Assembly (NCBI GenBank): GCA_040219065.1
Contig: JAVJTD010000267.1
Span: 33-64,032, forward strand
Source: Planctomycetota bacterium
GTDB lineage: Bacteria; Planctomycetota; OFTM77
Direction: 5' to 3'
Length of the DNA stretch: 64,000 nucleotides
In this document: positions 49,013 to 57,959 of the stretch, in pieces
Numbering within the stretch: position 1 is the stretch's first letter
Layout: every line of letters begins with the position of its first letter
Notes under the pieces: generated by a model
The model's database searches: none
What the model was told of the DNA's origin: nothing
Seen by the model: only the letters and a program-made list of their open reading frames with translations
Made by a program: the position numbers and the translations under genes

Positions 49013-50776
49013 TCACTCGCCCACCGATGCATCAATGAAGTAGCTGTCGTTCATCGCAGGGTGCGGCTGAAAGCGCTCGGTGATGATGACGATCCGCCCG
49101 ACGTCCTTCGGCAGATTCTCGATGCGGTCGAGCGCGGCGTTCACCCGATTGCATTGGTCGGCGTCCAAGTAGAACCGATGCTCATCCAGCCAGCTGCGCG
49201 GCTTGTGGTAGTCGTCGAGCGTGGCAGCTTCCAGTGCTTCTACTGCCGCAGCAATGGCGTCGCGCGGAATGCGCGGTCGCAGCACAGGTATGACGTCGAC
49301 GGTACGGTCATCCGACACCACGACTGCAAGCCGAGGCGTCTCGGTCGACCCAACATAGCGTACCCCGGAATTGTAACGCGAACCTCGAGATGGCGTGCAC
49401 TCCGGACGTGCCGGACCATCCAAGATCACGCCGATCGCGTGGCAGGTGCACTGGGGATCGACGATGATCGTCCCATCGATGCCACTGACGCGCTCGTAGA
49501 GCTCGGGCGTTAGCTTCGTGGGTTCAACCTTTGTGCCCTGACCACCGAGACGCTCGGCTTCGGCCGCAGCGTCCTCGGCAACGACGACCATGCTGCCGTG
49601 CCTCTGGCCGACAGCAGTCTCGAACACCGCGAGGAAGTCCGCCACGGCTTGCTCCCCCGCTGATGGGAAGAGCCTTTGGTATGTGTCCTTGAGCACGTCA
49701 CGCGGAAACGGTTCTTGGGGAAGAGACGGAGATCCATAGCGACTGACGAGCAGAACCTCGTCACCGCACGACAGGCGCCAGTGGTAGTGGTCGAGAAACT
49801 CGATTTCGAAGACGTTCTGAGTGGCCCAGGGGTCGATGCCCTCCGCGATGGTCCCGAGTCCAAGAACCTTCTCGCAGTCCGCGATGAGCGCCGTCTCCGA
49901 CGATGCCATCTGAAGCACCTTGCGCGACCAGCGTGGTTCTCGAAAGGGGACGGGCTCTGCGAGCTCGAGCAACATGTCCACGGATCCGCCGTCCGGTTTC
50001 GCCAGCAGCATGCGACCCGTACCCTCCGTCCCTTCGTACATCAGGGAAGAGATCAGGTTGAACCGCTCGAACAGATTCGGACTGCCGTAGTTCCGATCGC
50101 CGATCGCCAAGCCCGGGCTGTACATGAAGGACGCGGCCGCCAAGCGGACGATCTCCTCAGCTGATCGAGAACGGCCCGCCAGGGAGCGCCCTGGCTCAGG
50201 TCGCAATAGCTCATCGTGCGCCTCGCTCAGTACCTGCGAGACGGACGCGTGAATCAAGCTCGGCGATCCCGTGAAGCGACCATCTGACACAGGCTCCCGA
50301 AGCGGACGGAATCGTTCAAACAGGTCCGTGGGGATCTGGACTACTGGCACGACGTAGTAGTCGCCGACCGGTGCGGGCCCGCCCGCGAACGACTGTACTT
50401 GGTTCTCGCGATCGTAGGCAGCCAGTGCAGCCTCAACTGCCCGCCGCACAGAGTCGCGACGAATATTCTCCGGCTTGTCGCGCATGCTCGGCTCGTCGCC
50501 GTAATACATGTTCTGCAACGGATGATTTGCGACCTGCGCCTCGACCGCCTCCAGCAGACCCGAGAATAGTCGGATCGGCCACTTTCCGTCCTCCGGCTCG
50601 ACGCACACATCGTTCGGGTTCGTCCGGTCCGGAATGCGAGCACCGACAAGAAGGCACTCGGCGCCGCCTACCGCGACACCAAGTTCCTTGAGCACGTTGT
50701 TCATTCGAAGCTCAACGTCGATCCTGTAGTGCGGTTGGTACCCCCACATGAAGAGCGTGATCGTGTGCCCGGCCAT
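49013..50776 (-). CDS. large diadenylate cyclase-like protein (C-terminal DisA_N/DAC domain, long N-terminal sensor region)
   Basis: QRHGSMVVV, IDGTIIVD...AIGVILDG, RGSRYNS, VVVSDD.TVD are variant DGA/RHR DAC motifs; YEG..G.G in the N-terminal region. Confidence 0.82.
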   Translation of the reverse strand: MAGHTITLFMWGYQPHYRIDVELRMNNVLKELGVAVGGAECLLVGARIPDRTNPNDVCVEPEDGKWPIRLFSGLLEAVEAQVANHPLQNMYYGDEPSMRDKPENIRRDSVRRAVEAALAAYDRENQVQSFAGGPAPVGDYYVVPVVQIPTDLFERFRPLREPVSDGRFTGSPSLIHASVSQVLSEAHDELLRPEPGRSLAGRSRSAEEIVRLAAASFMYSPGLAIGDRNYGSPNLFERFNLISSLMYEGTEGTGRMLLAKPDGGSVDMLLELAEPVPFREPRWSRKVLQMASSETALIADCEKVLGLGTIAEGIDPWATQNVFEIEFLDHYHWRLSCGDEVLLVSRYGSPSLPQEPFPRDVLKDTYQRLFPSAGEQAVADFLAVFETAVGQRHGSMVVVAEDAAAEAERLGGQGTKVEPTKLTPELYERVSGIDGTIIVDPQCTCHAIGVILDGPARPECTPSRGSRYNSGVRYVGSTETPRLAVVVSDDRTVDVIPVLRPRIPRDAIAAAVEALEAATLDDYHKPRSWLDEHRFYLDADQCNRVNAALDRIENLPKDVGRIVIITERFQPHPAMNDSYFIDASVGE

Positions 50777-50779
50777 TTC

Positions 50780-51424
50780 TCACCCCTTGCCGGTCTCGGC
50801 GCTGCCGTCGAAGGTCCGGGCGGCTTCGTCGAAGCTGGAACAGATCGTCTTCCGATGGCCCGATGTCTCAAGCTCCCCTCGACTGTTCCGGTCGGTCCAG
50901 TAGTGCCCTTTCAGGCGAGCAACCGGGTCGCCCTCAACCTCAAGCAACAGTCCCCCGTAGTGAATCTGACTGCGGTCGCGAACCTGGAGCTTGGGCTCAT
51001 TGCGGTAGATGGCGTAGACACGATAGGTGCCGTCCGGGGCTTCGACGACATCGGTGCCAAGAACCTCGGACGAGGACTCCTTGGTCAGTAATCGGAGGCT
51101 TAGGCGCGAGAAGGACTGCCGGGCTACCAGGTAGGCATCGATGGCCTCGGAAACCTCTCCGGTCTCGGGGTCTTTCCATTCCGAGCGCAGTCGAGTCCTC
51201 CACGTCCCGCGCAGCAGTGGTCGCTTCACGAACCACCCGTGAAGAAAGCGGAGGCGCCACAACCAGAGGTCAAAGGCCAGCAGGAGCAACAAGAGCGCGC
51301 CGATCACGAGCGAGAAAGGGCGCATCCACGCAGCGCTAAGGGACACCCCTTCGAGCACGAGCATTGCGGCCCAGAGCGCGACGGCAATGCCGATGATGAC
51401 GGAAAGATGAAGCCTCGAGATCAT
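50780..51424 (-). CDS. cap15: Cap15-like 2TM + beta-barrel CBASS effector (S-2TMbeta)
   Basis: two N-terminal TM helices, FD.WLWR, P.LRGTW...L.SEW, RQ.FS.LS..L.T.ES.S, Y.NEP.......H.G, G.YWTDR.SRG. Confidence 0.85.
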   Translation of the reverse strand: MISRLHLSVIIGIAVALWAAMLVLEGVSLSAAWMRPFSLVIGALLLLLLAFDLWLWRLRFLHGWFVKRPLLRGTWRTRLRSEWKDPETGEVSEAIDAYLVARQSFSRLSLRLLTKESSSEVLGTDVVEAPDGTYRVYAIYRNEPKLQVRDRSQIHYGGLLLEVEGDPVARLKGHYWTDRNSRGELETSGHRKTICSSFDEAARTFDGSAETGKG

Positions 51425-51427
51425 TGG

Positions 51428-51532
51428 CTACTCCAGCTCGCAGTATCCCCACGCCGCGACGACGAAGGCGTGCGCATCTACGCGTGTCCAGGGCTGCGAC
51501 GCCCTGAAGAGGTACTTGAGTTCGTTGACCTC
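51428..51532 (-). pseudogene. C-terminal 34 aa of a CD-NTase (cGAS/DncV-like, CdnE-type)
   Basis: EVNELKYLFRASQPWTRVDAHAFVVAAWGYCELE*; stop 3 nt before the cap15 ATG; upstream sequence is replaced by the esterase gene. Confidence 0.7.
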
Positions 51533-51934
51533 TCAGAAGCGGCAGACCATCGCCACCGCGTGCAGCGCGCCGATCGACGCGCCGGCCGTCCAGATGGGCA
51601 GGGTGTCCGTGCGGCAATCCGCGTAGATCGCGGGGACCACCTCGTGGCGCACGTACTGCTGGAACTGGTTCATGACCCACATGCGGTGGCCGAGGTCGCC
51701 CTCTTGCGCGAACCACGCCTGACCCGCCACCGAATCACAGGAGTAGATCTTGACGCGCCCCGCCCCCAGCAGCGGCGCCAGCGCTCGGATCATCTGCCAG
51801 CGCTCGATCTCCTCGGAGTCGCCGCCCGCGGTGGGGAAGACGAGGACCGGCACGCCGAAGTGACCCCAGCGGCTGAGGCGCACCTCGCGCTTCACCCGGT
51901 GGCTGTACCAGGTGGACGTCTCGTGAAGGCTCAC
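51533..51934 (-). pseudogene. alpha/beta-hydrolase (esterase), 3'-truncated at the junction
   Basis: RWGHFGVPVLVFPTAGGD..E, GASIGA nucleophile elbow; ends at VCRF* shortly after the elbow, without the downstream Asp/His. Confidence 0.8.
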
Positions 51935-53172
51935 GCCGGGGACCCCTCTTCGGCGCGCCACTTCTGGATGCGGCCCCAGAACAGCTCGGTGAACGAGTCG
52001 CGCTCGTGCTCCGGGTAGAGCGCCTCGACCTTCCGGCGCACCGCCCGCTTCGCGTCGTCGGTCCCGAAGTAGGCGTACGCCTCCTCGTCCAGGTGGGCGA
52101 GGTGCGTGGCGCAGAACTCCTCGAAGCGCTCCGTCTCGAAGCGGTCGGCCGCGATCTCGGCGTAGCGCGCGAGCTTCTCCGGGTAGGGCGCGTCCTCGTT
52201 CGCGATGGCGTAGTAGGCGTCCCAGTCGAGCGTGCGCCGCATCGGCCGGCCGGTCACCGCGCAGTAGACGCTCCAGCGCAGCAGCGACTTCACGAGCCAG
52301 GGGAAGTGGTAGTGGAGCGACGTGACCTGTGAGTCCGGGCAGGCGTTGGCGAAGTCGATGGGGTGCCAGACGCCCTCGCTCCGCATCAGCTCGCAGCTGT
52401 TGAACTCCCAGCCGAAGAAGCTGTTGATGGTCATCGTCGTGTCCCGGATCTCCGCCTCCTCGGCGGCGGTCAAGAACGCGGTGTCCATCGTGTAGCGGTC
52501 GTGCAGCGGCGCCGTCAGGTCGTACTTCACGAAGCGCGTCTGCGGGCCGATGCCGACGCAGCGCACGAACATGTCGTGCGGGTGTACGGCCTTCTGGGCG
52601 TGCATGACGAGGCTGCCGCTCGACTCGTACGCGCGCCGGAGCGCCGCCTCGTCCTCCGCCCGCGTGACCGCGCGCCAGCCGCCGCCGTCGTAGGGCTTGA
52701 GGATCACCGGGTAGCCCAGCTCCTTGCCGACGCGGCCGACGTCGAAGAGCTTCGCGTAGCGCTGGAGCGTGTCGCGCAGGTCCGGGAGCGGCTCGTAGGA
52801 CTTCGGCGGGAGCATCCACGTCTCGGGGATGGCCATGCCGAGCTTCATCATCGCGCAGTAGGTCGTCTGCTTCTCCATCGACTGGAGCGACCAGGGGTTG
52901 TTGAGGACGTAGAGGTCGTCCATCAACACGGCTTTCTTTATCCACTCCCGGCTCGTGTGGTACCAGTGCGTCAGCCGGTCTATGACCACGGCGTAGCTGC
53001 ACGGCTGGCTCAGGTCGAAGGGCTCGATCGAGACCCGCTCGACCTCGAGCTGGACCCGGTCGCCGTCCACGGGGATCGACAGCGCGAGCCGCCGGAGGAG
53101 GTCCTCGTAGCAGAGGGGCCAGCAGAGGTCGGCTCCCAGCGAGAGCCCGATCTTCTTCGTCACGTTCGGCAT
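51931..53172 (-). CDS. ATP-grasp family protein
   Basis: VIDRLTHWY, LNNPW, GYPVILKPYDGGGW, NSCE, IDFANACPD. Confidence 0.88.
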   Translation of the reverse strand: MPNVTKKIGLSLGADLCWPLCYEDLLRRLALSIPVDGDRVQLEVERVSIEPFDLSQPCSYAVVIDRLTHWYHTSREWIKKAVLMDDLYVLNNPWSLQSMEKQTTYCAMMKLGMAIPETWMLPPKSYEPLPDLRDTLQRYAKLFDVGRVGKELGYPVILKPYDGGGWRAVTRAEDEAALRRAYESSGSLVMHAQKAVHPHDMFVRCVGIGPQTRFVKYDLTAPLHDRYTMDTAFLTAAEEAEIRDTTMTINSFFGWEFNSCELMRSEGVWHPIDFANACPDSQVTSLHYHFPWLVKSLLRWSVYCAVTGRPMRRTLDWDAYYAIANEDAPYPEKLARYAEIAADRFETERFEEFCATHLAHLDEEAYAYFGTDDAKRAVRRKVEALYPEHERDSFTELFWGRIQKWRAEEGSPA

Positions 53173-53179
53173 GCGTCTC

Positions 53180-54328
53180 TCACTCGTAGACCATCAAGAG
53201 CGGTCCGGGGAAGAGCCACGAGAGCCCGTCCTGCAGTCGATCCCGCCAGTTTTCCCAGTTGTGACCGTCGCGCGCCTCTTCGAAGCGCACCTCCATGCCG
53301 CTCTCGCTCAGGAGCGGCACCAGCGAGCGGTTCTCGTAGATCAGCGACTCGTACACGCCGCAGCTCAGGAACACGCGCTCGCTCATCGGGCCGATGTCCT
53401 TGCGGAGCTCGTTCACGAACGCGACCACGGGGTCGAAGAGCGGGCCGCGCCGGTTCCCGCCGCCGATGTCCGTGAAGGCGAACGAGCCCGACTGCAGCAT
53501 CAGCCGGCCGAAGAAGCCCGGGTAGCGCCACGCGGTCGAGAGCGCGGCGACCGCGCCGAAGCTCGCCCCCATGAGGCAGCGCCCCTGCGGCCTCGCGTCG
53601 AGCGGGAGCGTGCGCTCGAGGTGCGGGACGAGCTCCTCCTTGAGGAAGCGCGCGTGCGCCTCGTCGCTCGCGTACTCCTTGAGGCGGTCGGGCGAGTCGC
53701 TGAAGCAGACCACCATGTCCGGGATGGCCAGGCGGTGGATCAGGTTGTCGAGCACCGTCTTCATCGCCGCGTAGCGGAGGTAGTCGCTGCCGTCGTGCAC
53801 CACGAGGAGCGGGTAGCGGCGCGAGGTGCGGTAGCGCGCCGGGTAGTAGAGGTGGCCGCCGCGCACGCCGCCGAAGACCCGGCTCTTCATGCGGAAGGGC
53901 TCGAGCACGCCGGCCCGCGCCTCCGGATCCGTCTGCGTCCAGGCGGGGACCTCGTAGCCCTCGCCGTGCGCGACGGAGTTCGCACCGAAGGGATCGTGCG
54001 CGCGCTTGTCGTTCAGCGGGTCCTCGACCCACCAGCTGTTGCCGTCCTTGCGGAGCTCGAGCTTGTACTCGACCCGCGAGTGCGGCGGCAGCTCGACGAT
54101 CCCGTAGAAGAGGTCGGTCTCCGGCACGCGCGTCAGCGCCTGCGAGGACTCGAGGCCGTAGATCCAGTGCCGCAGGTTCACGCCCTCGACGTCGCCCCGG
54201 AAGACGAACGTGACGCTCGCGCCTTCGACGACCGGGAACTCGCGCCCCTTCAGGAACGCGTCGATCTTCTCGCCCGTCACGGGCGCGTCGGCGAGGAGCC
54301 GATGGATGGCGAGCCGCTCGCCGGTCAC
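53180..54328 (-). CDS. Fes-like esterase with N-terminal Ig/CBM48-like domain
   Basis: VTFVFRG, RVEYK, DPLN, YPLLVVHDG.DY, GASFGA, QSGSF, DGHNWENW; GTG start at 54328. Confidence 0.88.
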   Translation of the reverse strand: MTGERLAIHRLLADAPVTGEKIDAFLKGREFPVVEGASVTFVFRGDVEGVNLRHWIYGLESSQALTRVPETDLFYGIVELPPHSRVEYKLELRKDGNSWWVEDPLNDKRAHDPFGANSVAHGEGYEVPAWTQTDPEARAGVLEPFRMKSRVFGGVRGGHLYYPARYRTSRRYPLLVVHDGSDYLRYAAMKTVLDNLIHRLAIPDMVVCFSDSPDRLKEYASDEAHARFLKEELVPHLERTLPLDARPQGRCLMGASFGAVAALSTAWRYPGFFGRLMLQSGSFAFTDIGGGNRRGPLFDPVVAFVNELRKDIGPMSERVFLSCGVYESLIYENRSLVPLLSESGMEVRFEEARDGHNWENWRDRLQDGLSWLFPGPLLMVYE

Positions 54329-55251
54329 GCTGCCTCCGCGTCCGCGACGGCGCCGTCTGCGTGGAGGGTCAGGGCGCGTTGGCTCTCGACCAGGGCGCCC
54401 GCCTCGAAGAGCACCCAGCTGCGGCGCGGCAGGACCATGCAGGTCGCGGGCGCGAAGCGCTGCGCGTACATCGCCATCCGCTCGGCGTCGTCCAGCGCGA
54501 GCCGGGCCTCCGGGTTCGGCAGCGCCACGACGTCCGACACAAGCCCGAGGCCGGGCTCGAGCACCTGCGGTGCGTCCACCCCGTAGGGAGGGTCGTCGTG
54601 GAAGAGCACGATGCGCTCGGTGACGGCCATCGCGCCCGCCGACCAGGCGAAGACCGGGCGCTCCCCGATGAGGTCCGTCACGCCGAAGAGCTGCAACCGG
54701 TTGAGCAGCGACGCGACGTGCCCGCCCGCGATCGCGACCGCGTCGCAGCCCTCGAGCAGCCGCGCGAGCTCCGCCCGGTGCCAGGCGACGCGACCTCGCG
54801 CGTGCGGCGCCCACTCCTTCTGGAACTCCGTCCGCACGCGCTCGCACTGACGGAGATGGTGCTTATCGAGCACGCGAATCCCGTTGACCGACCACTCCTG
54901 CTCCTGCGCGAGCAGCTCGGTGGGGGCGGCGCGGTGCGCGATCACCCGCGCGGACTCGATCAGGTGCTCGAGCCGGATGCGGTAGAAGTCCTGGAGCTGG
55001 CGGAAGCGGAGCTGGCGCGCGCGGTAGGCCCCGCGCAGCTCGCCGTCGCTCCGGAAGACGTCGTCGGCCCGCTCGTGCAGCGCGAGGTTCACCGTGCGGC
55101 CGCCGAGGTGCTCGGACAGCTCGTCGTCCTCCCGCTCGCGCTCCTGCCAGCCGGCGGTGATCAGCGCGAAGCGCCCGGTGACGCCGGCCGCCTTCGCCGC
55201 CTCGGCCACGCTGGGGTCGAAGCGCTGCGGTCCGAGTAGCGCGACCTTCAC
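54325..55251 (-). CDS. peptidase E / cyanophycinase-like (S51, GAT-1 fold) protein
   Basis: LITAGWQERE, IAGGHV..L, AWSAGAM nucleophile motif, GLGL. Confidence 0.75.
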   Translation of the reverse strand: MKVALLGPQRFDPSVAEAAKAAGVTGRFALITAGWQEREREDDELSEHLGGRTVNLALHERADDVFRSDGELRGAYRARQLRFRQLQDFYRIRLEHLIESARVIAHRAAPTELLAQEQEWSVNGIRVLDKHHLRQCERVRTEFQKEWAPHARGRVAWHRAELARLLEGCDAVAIAGGHVASLLNRLQLFGVTDLIGERPVFAWSAGAMAVTERIVLFHDDPPYGVDAPQVLEPGLGLVSDVVALPNPEARLALDDAERMAMYAQRFAPATCMVLPRRSWVLFEAGALVESQRALTLHADGAVADAEAA

Positions 55252-55276
55252 GTCGCCTCCGGGTCGGGTACCGAGC

Positions 55277-56500
55277 TCATCGAGCGCGAACCTGCACCGT
55301 CTGGCCGACCGCGTCCAGGATGCGGCGCAGGGTGTCGTAGTCCGGGTGGCGGAAGCGCATCCACGCGTTGGCCATGTAGCCGGCCTCGACGGGCTGGGTC
55401 GGCGTCCCCGCGGGCGGCAGGTGCGCGTCGATCAGGTGCTCACCGAAGTTTCGCTGGACCTCTTCGAGCCCGTCGTAGTGATCGATGACGCCGTCCCGGT
55501 CCGGGCGGAGCGCGATGATGCCCGCCGCGTAGCGTCGCGAGGGCTTGGAGCCGGGCCGGCCGTGCACGACGGCCATCGCCCACTCGCGGTAGAGGTCCAT
55601 CTCGTTGCCCGCGCTGTAGAGGTCCCACGCGCCGACGCCCGGCGGGCGGCAGCCGATCTCGCTGAAGCGCAGGCCCTTGGGCCCGAAGAACCACTCCATG
55701 TGCGTGGCGCTCGTGCCGATGTCGAGCGCCTCGATGACCCGGCGGCCCATCGCGCGCACCTCTTCGTACCCCGGCGCGCTCTCCACGCGGTTGGTGGTGA
55801 TGAACTGCGGCGAGATCCAGCGCGTGCGCATCGCCTCGAGCACGTTCGGGTAGTAGTGGCAGACGAACTCGTGCACGACGCGGCCGTCGACCGTGACGGT
55901 GTCGTAGAAGCCCTCGTGCCCCTCGACGAACTCCTCGATCGCGACCGACGCGCCGCGGCCGAGGCCGCTCTTCTGCATCGCCGCCTCGAGCTCCGCGTCG
56001 TCGTCCACGCGGAAGGTGCCCGCCGCGCCCGCGCCGTCGCGGGGCTTGAGGATGAGCGGGTAGCCGACCCGGGCCGCGAAGGCGCGCGCCTCGTCGGGGG
56101 AGCCGGTCCCCGTCGACGCCGCGCAGGGGACGCCGGCCTGGCGGAGCACCTCCTTCATGGAGGGCTTGTCGCGGCACAGGAACGCCGTCTTCGCGCTCGT
56201 GCCCGGGATCCCGCAGCGCTCGCGCACCTGCGCCGCGGTCTGGATGTGGGCCTCGACCGTCGCCTCGAGCCGCTCGGGGTGGCTGATCGACTGGACGAAG
56301 CGCACCGCCTTCTCGAGCGCCGCCTCGTCGCACACGTTCGAGACCTGCTCGTAGTGCGTGAGCCAGTGCCGCAGGCTGTCGTCGAGCGCCTCCTTGGGGC
56401 GCTCGCCGATGCCGATCACGCGCGCGCCCACCGAGTGCAGCGCCCGCGCGAACTCACGCTGGTTCCGGGGAAAGCACGGCTCGACGAGGATGACGTCCAT
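55277..56500 (-). CDS. ATP-grasp family protein
   Basis: CRDKPSMK, GYPLILKPRDGAGA, IEEFVEG.E, THMEWF, FSEIGCRPPG. Confidence 0.92.
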   Translation of the reverse strand: MDVILVEPCFPRNQREFARALHSVGARVIGIGERPKEALDDSLRHWLTHYEQVSNVCDEAALEKAVRFVQSISHPERLEATVEAHIQTAAQVRERCGIPGTSAKTAFLCRDKPSMKEVLRQAGVPCAASTGTGSPDEARAFAARVGYPLILKPRDGAGAAGTFRVDDDAELEAAMQKSGLGRGASVAIEEFVEGHEGFYDTVTVDGRVVHEFVCHYYPNVLEAMRTRWISPQFITTNRVESAPGYEEVRAMGRRVIEALDIGTSATHMEWFFGPKGLRFSEIGCRPPGVGAWDLYSAGNEMDLYREWAMAVVHGRPGSKPSRRYAAGIIALRPDRDGVIDHYDGLEEVQRNFGEHLIDAHLPPAGTPTQPVEAGYMANAWMRFRHPDYDTLRRILDAVGQTVQVRAR

Positions 56501-57951
56501 CAGAGCTCCCTCACGCGCTCATAGAGCTCCTCGTAGGTGCGGACCCGCCGCTCCCACGAGAAGTCCTGCGCCATGGCGTTGTCCTGGAGTCGGCGCCAGA
56601 GCGGCCGGTTCCGGTAGGTGCGCAGCGCCTGGTCGAGCGCCCAGCCCAGGCCCTGCGCGTCGAAGTGCTCGAAGACGAAGCCCGTGCCCTCGCCCGTGCG
56701 CGCGTCGAAGGGGCGCACGCTGTCCTTGAGCCCGCCCGTGGCGCGCACGATGGGCGCGGTGCCGTAGGCGAGGCTGTAGAGCTGGTTCAGACCGCACGGC
56801 TCGAAGCGCGAGGGCATCAAGAACATGTCCGAGCCCGCCTCGATGAGGTGCGCCAGCTCGTTCGAGAAGCCGCGGTAGAAGCAGACCTGGTGGGGGAAGC
56901 GGTGCTGGAGCTGCGAGAACGCGTTCTCGTAGTGCGTCGCGCCCGAGCCGAGCACGACCAGCTGCATGCGCCCGCGGGCCAGGAAGTGCGGGGCCACCTC
57001 GAGGATGAGCTCGAGCCCCTTCTGCGCCGTCAGCCGGGTGACCACGCCCGCGAGCGGCAGCCCGGTGTGATAGGGCAGGCCCACGCTCTCGAGGAGCGCC
57101 TTCTTGCAACGCTCCTTGCCGTCGAGATCCCCGCGTGAGAAGCGGTGCGGGATGAGCGGATCGGTCGCCGGATCCCACTCGGTGGGGTCGATCCCGTTCA
57201 GGACGCCCACCACCGTGCTCGCCCGCTCGCGGAGCAGCCCGTCGAGGCCCATGCCGAGCTCGGGGGACTGGATCTCCTTCGCGTAGGTGGGGCTGACGGT
57301 GGTGATCGCGTCGGCGTAGAGGATGCCCGTGGTGAGCAGGCTGATCGCGCCCGCGCTGAGCTGATCCTGGTGGAAGAGGTGCGCGCTGTCCGCGAGGCCG
57401 GTGTCGGGCAGGACGTGCGCGCCGAACGCGCCCTGGTGGGCGAGGTTGTGGATCGTCAGGACCGTCTTGGTGCGCCCGAAGATCGCCCCGTCCCAGTCGT
57501 AGCGGCAGCGCAGCGCGAGCGGCAACAGCGCGGTCTGCCAGTCGTGCACGTGGGCGATGTCGGGCGCGAAGCCGAGCCGCTGACACGCGGTCAGCGCGGC
57601 GTAGGTCAACACGATGAAGCGCAGGTGCTCGTCTGGGTCCTGCGTGTAGATCCCGTCGCGCCCGTACAGCGCGTCGCAGCGCACGAAGCAGACCTGGACC
57701 TCCGAGTTGGGCAGCGGCGCGCGGTGCAGCGAGACGCGGACCTCGTGCGGGCCGAGCGACAGCCGCAGATCCTGGGCGCCGGGGATGGGCGTGGTCTCCA
57801 CCGTCTCGCGCACGCGACGGTAGAGCGGCGCCACCAGCAGCACGTCGTGGCCGCGGCGCGCGAGGTGGCGCGGCAGCGCGGCCGAGACGTCGGCGAGGCC
57901 GCCGGTCTTGGCGAAGGGGGCGACCTCCGATGCAGCGTAGAGGATCTTCAC
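56500..57951 (-). CDS. glgA: glycogen synthase (GT5)
   Basis: SEVAPFAKTGGLADV, HVHDWQT, TIHNLAHQG, TVSPTYA.EI, LNGID, RLTAQKG, PSRFEPCGLNQ, TGGLKDSV; GTG start at 57951. Confidence 0.95.
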   Translation of the reverse strand: MKILYAASEVAPFAKTGGLADVSAALPRHLARRGHDVLLVAPLYRRVRETVETTPIPGAQDLRLSLGPHEVRVSLHRAPLPNSEVQVCFVRCDALYGRDGIYTQDPDEHLRFIVLTYAALTACQRLGFAPDIAHVHDWQTALLPLALRCRYDWDGAIFGRTKTVLTIHNLAHQGAFGAHVLPDTGLADSAHLFHQDQLSAGAISLLTTGILYADAITTVSPTYAKEIQSPELGMGLDGLLRERASTVVGVLNGIDPTEWDPATDPLIPHRFSRGDLDGKERCKKALLESVGLPYHTGLPLAGVVTRLTAQKGLELILEVAPHFLARGRMQLVVLGSGATHYENAFSQLQHRFPHQVCFYRGFSNELAHLIEAGSDMFLMPSRFEPCGLNQLYSLAYGTAPIVRATGGLKDSVRPFDARTGEGTGFVFEHFDAQGLGWALDQALRTYRNRPLWRRLQDNAMAQDFSWERRVRTYEELYERVREL

Positions 57952-57959
57952 GTGTCGGC

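Noticed and set aside
51428-51934. programmed read-through fusion of esterase and CD-NTase tip
   Set aside because: Both parts lack essential catalytic regions, and the in-frame join has a 1-in-3 chance at any breakpoint
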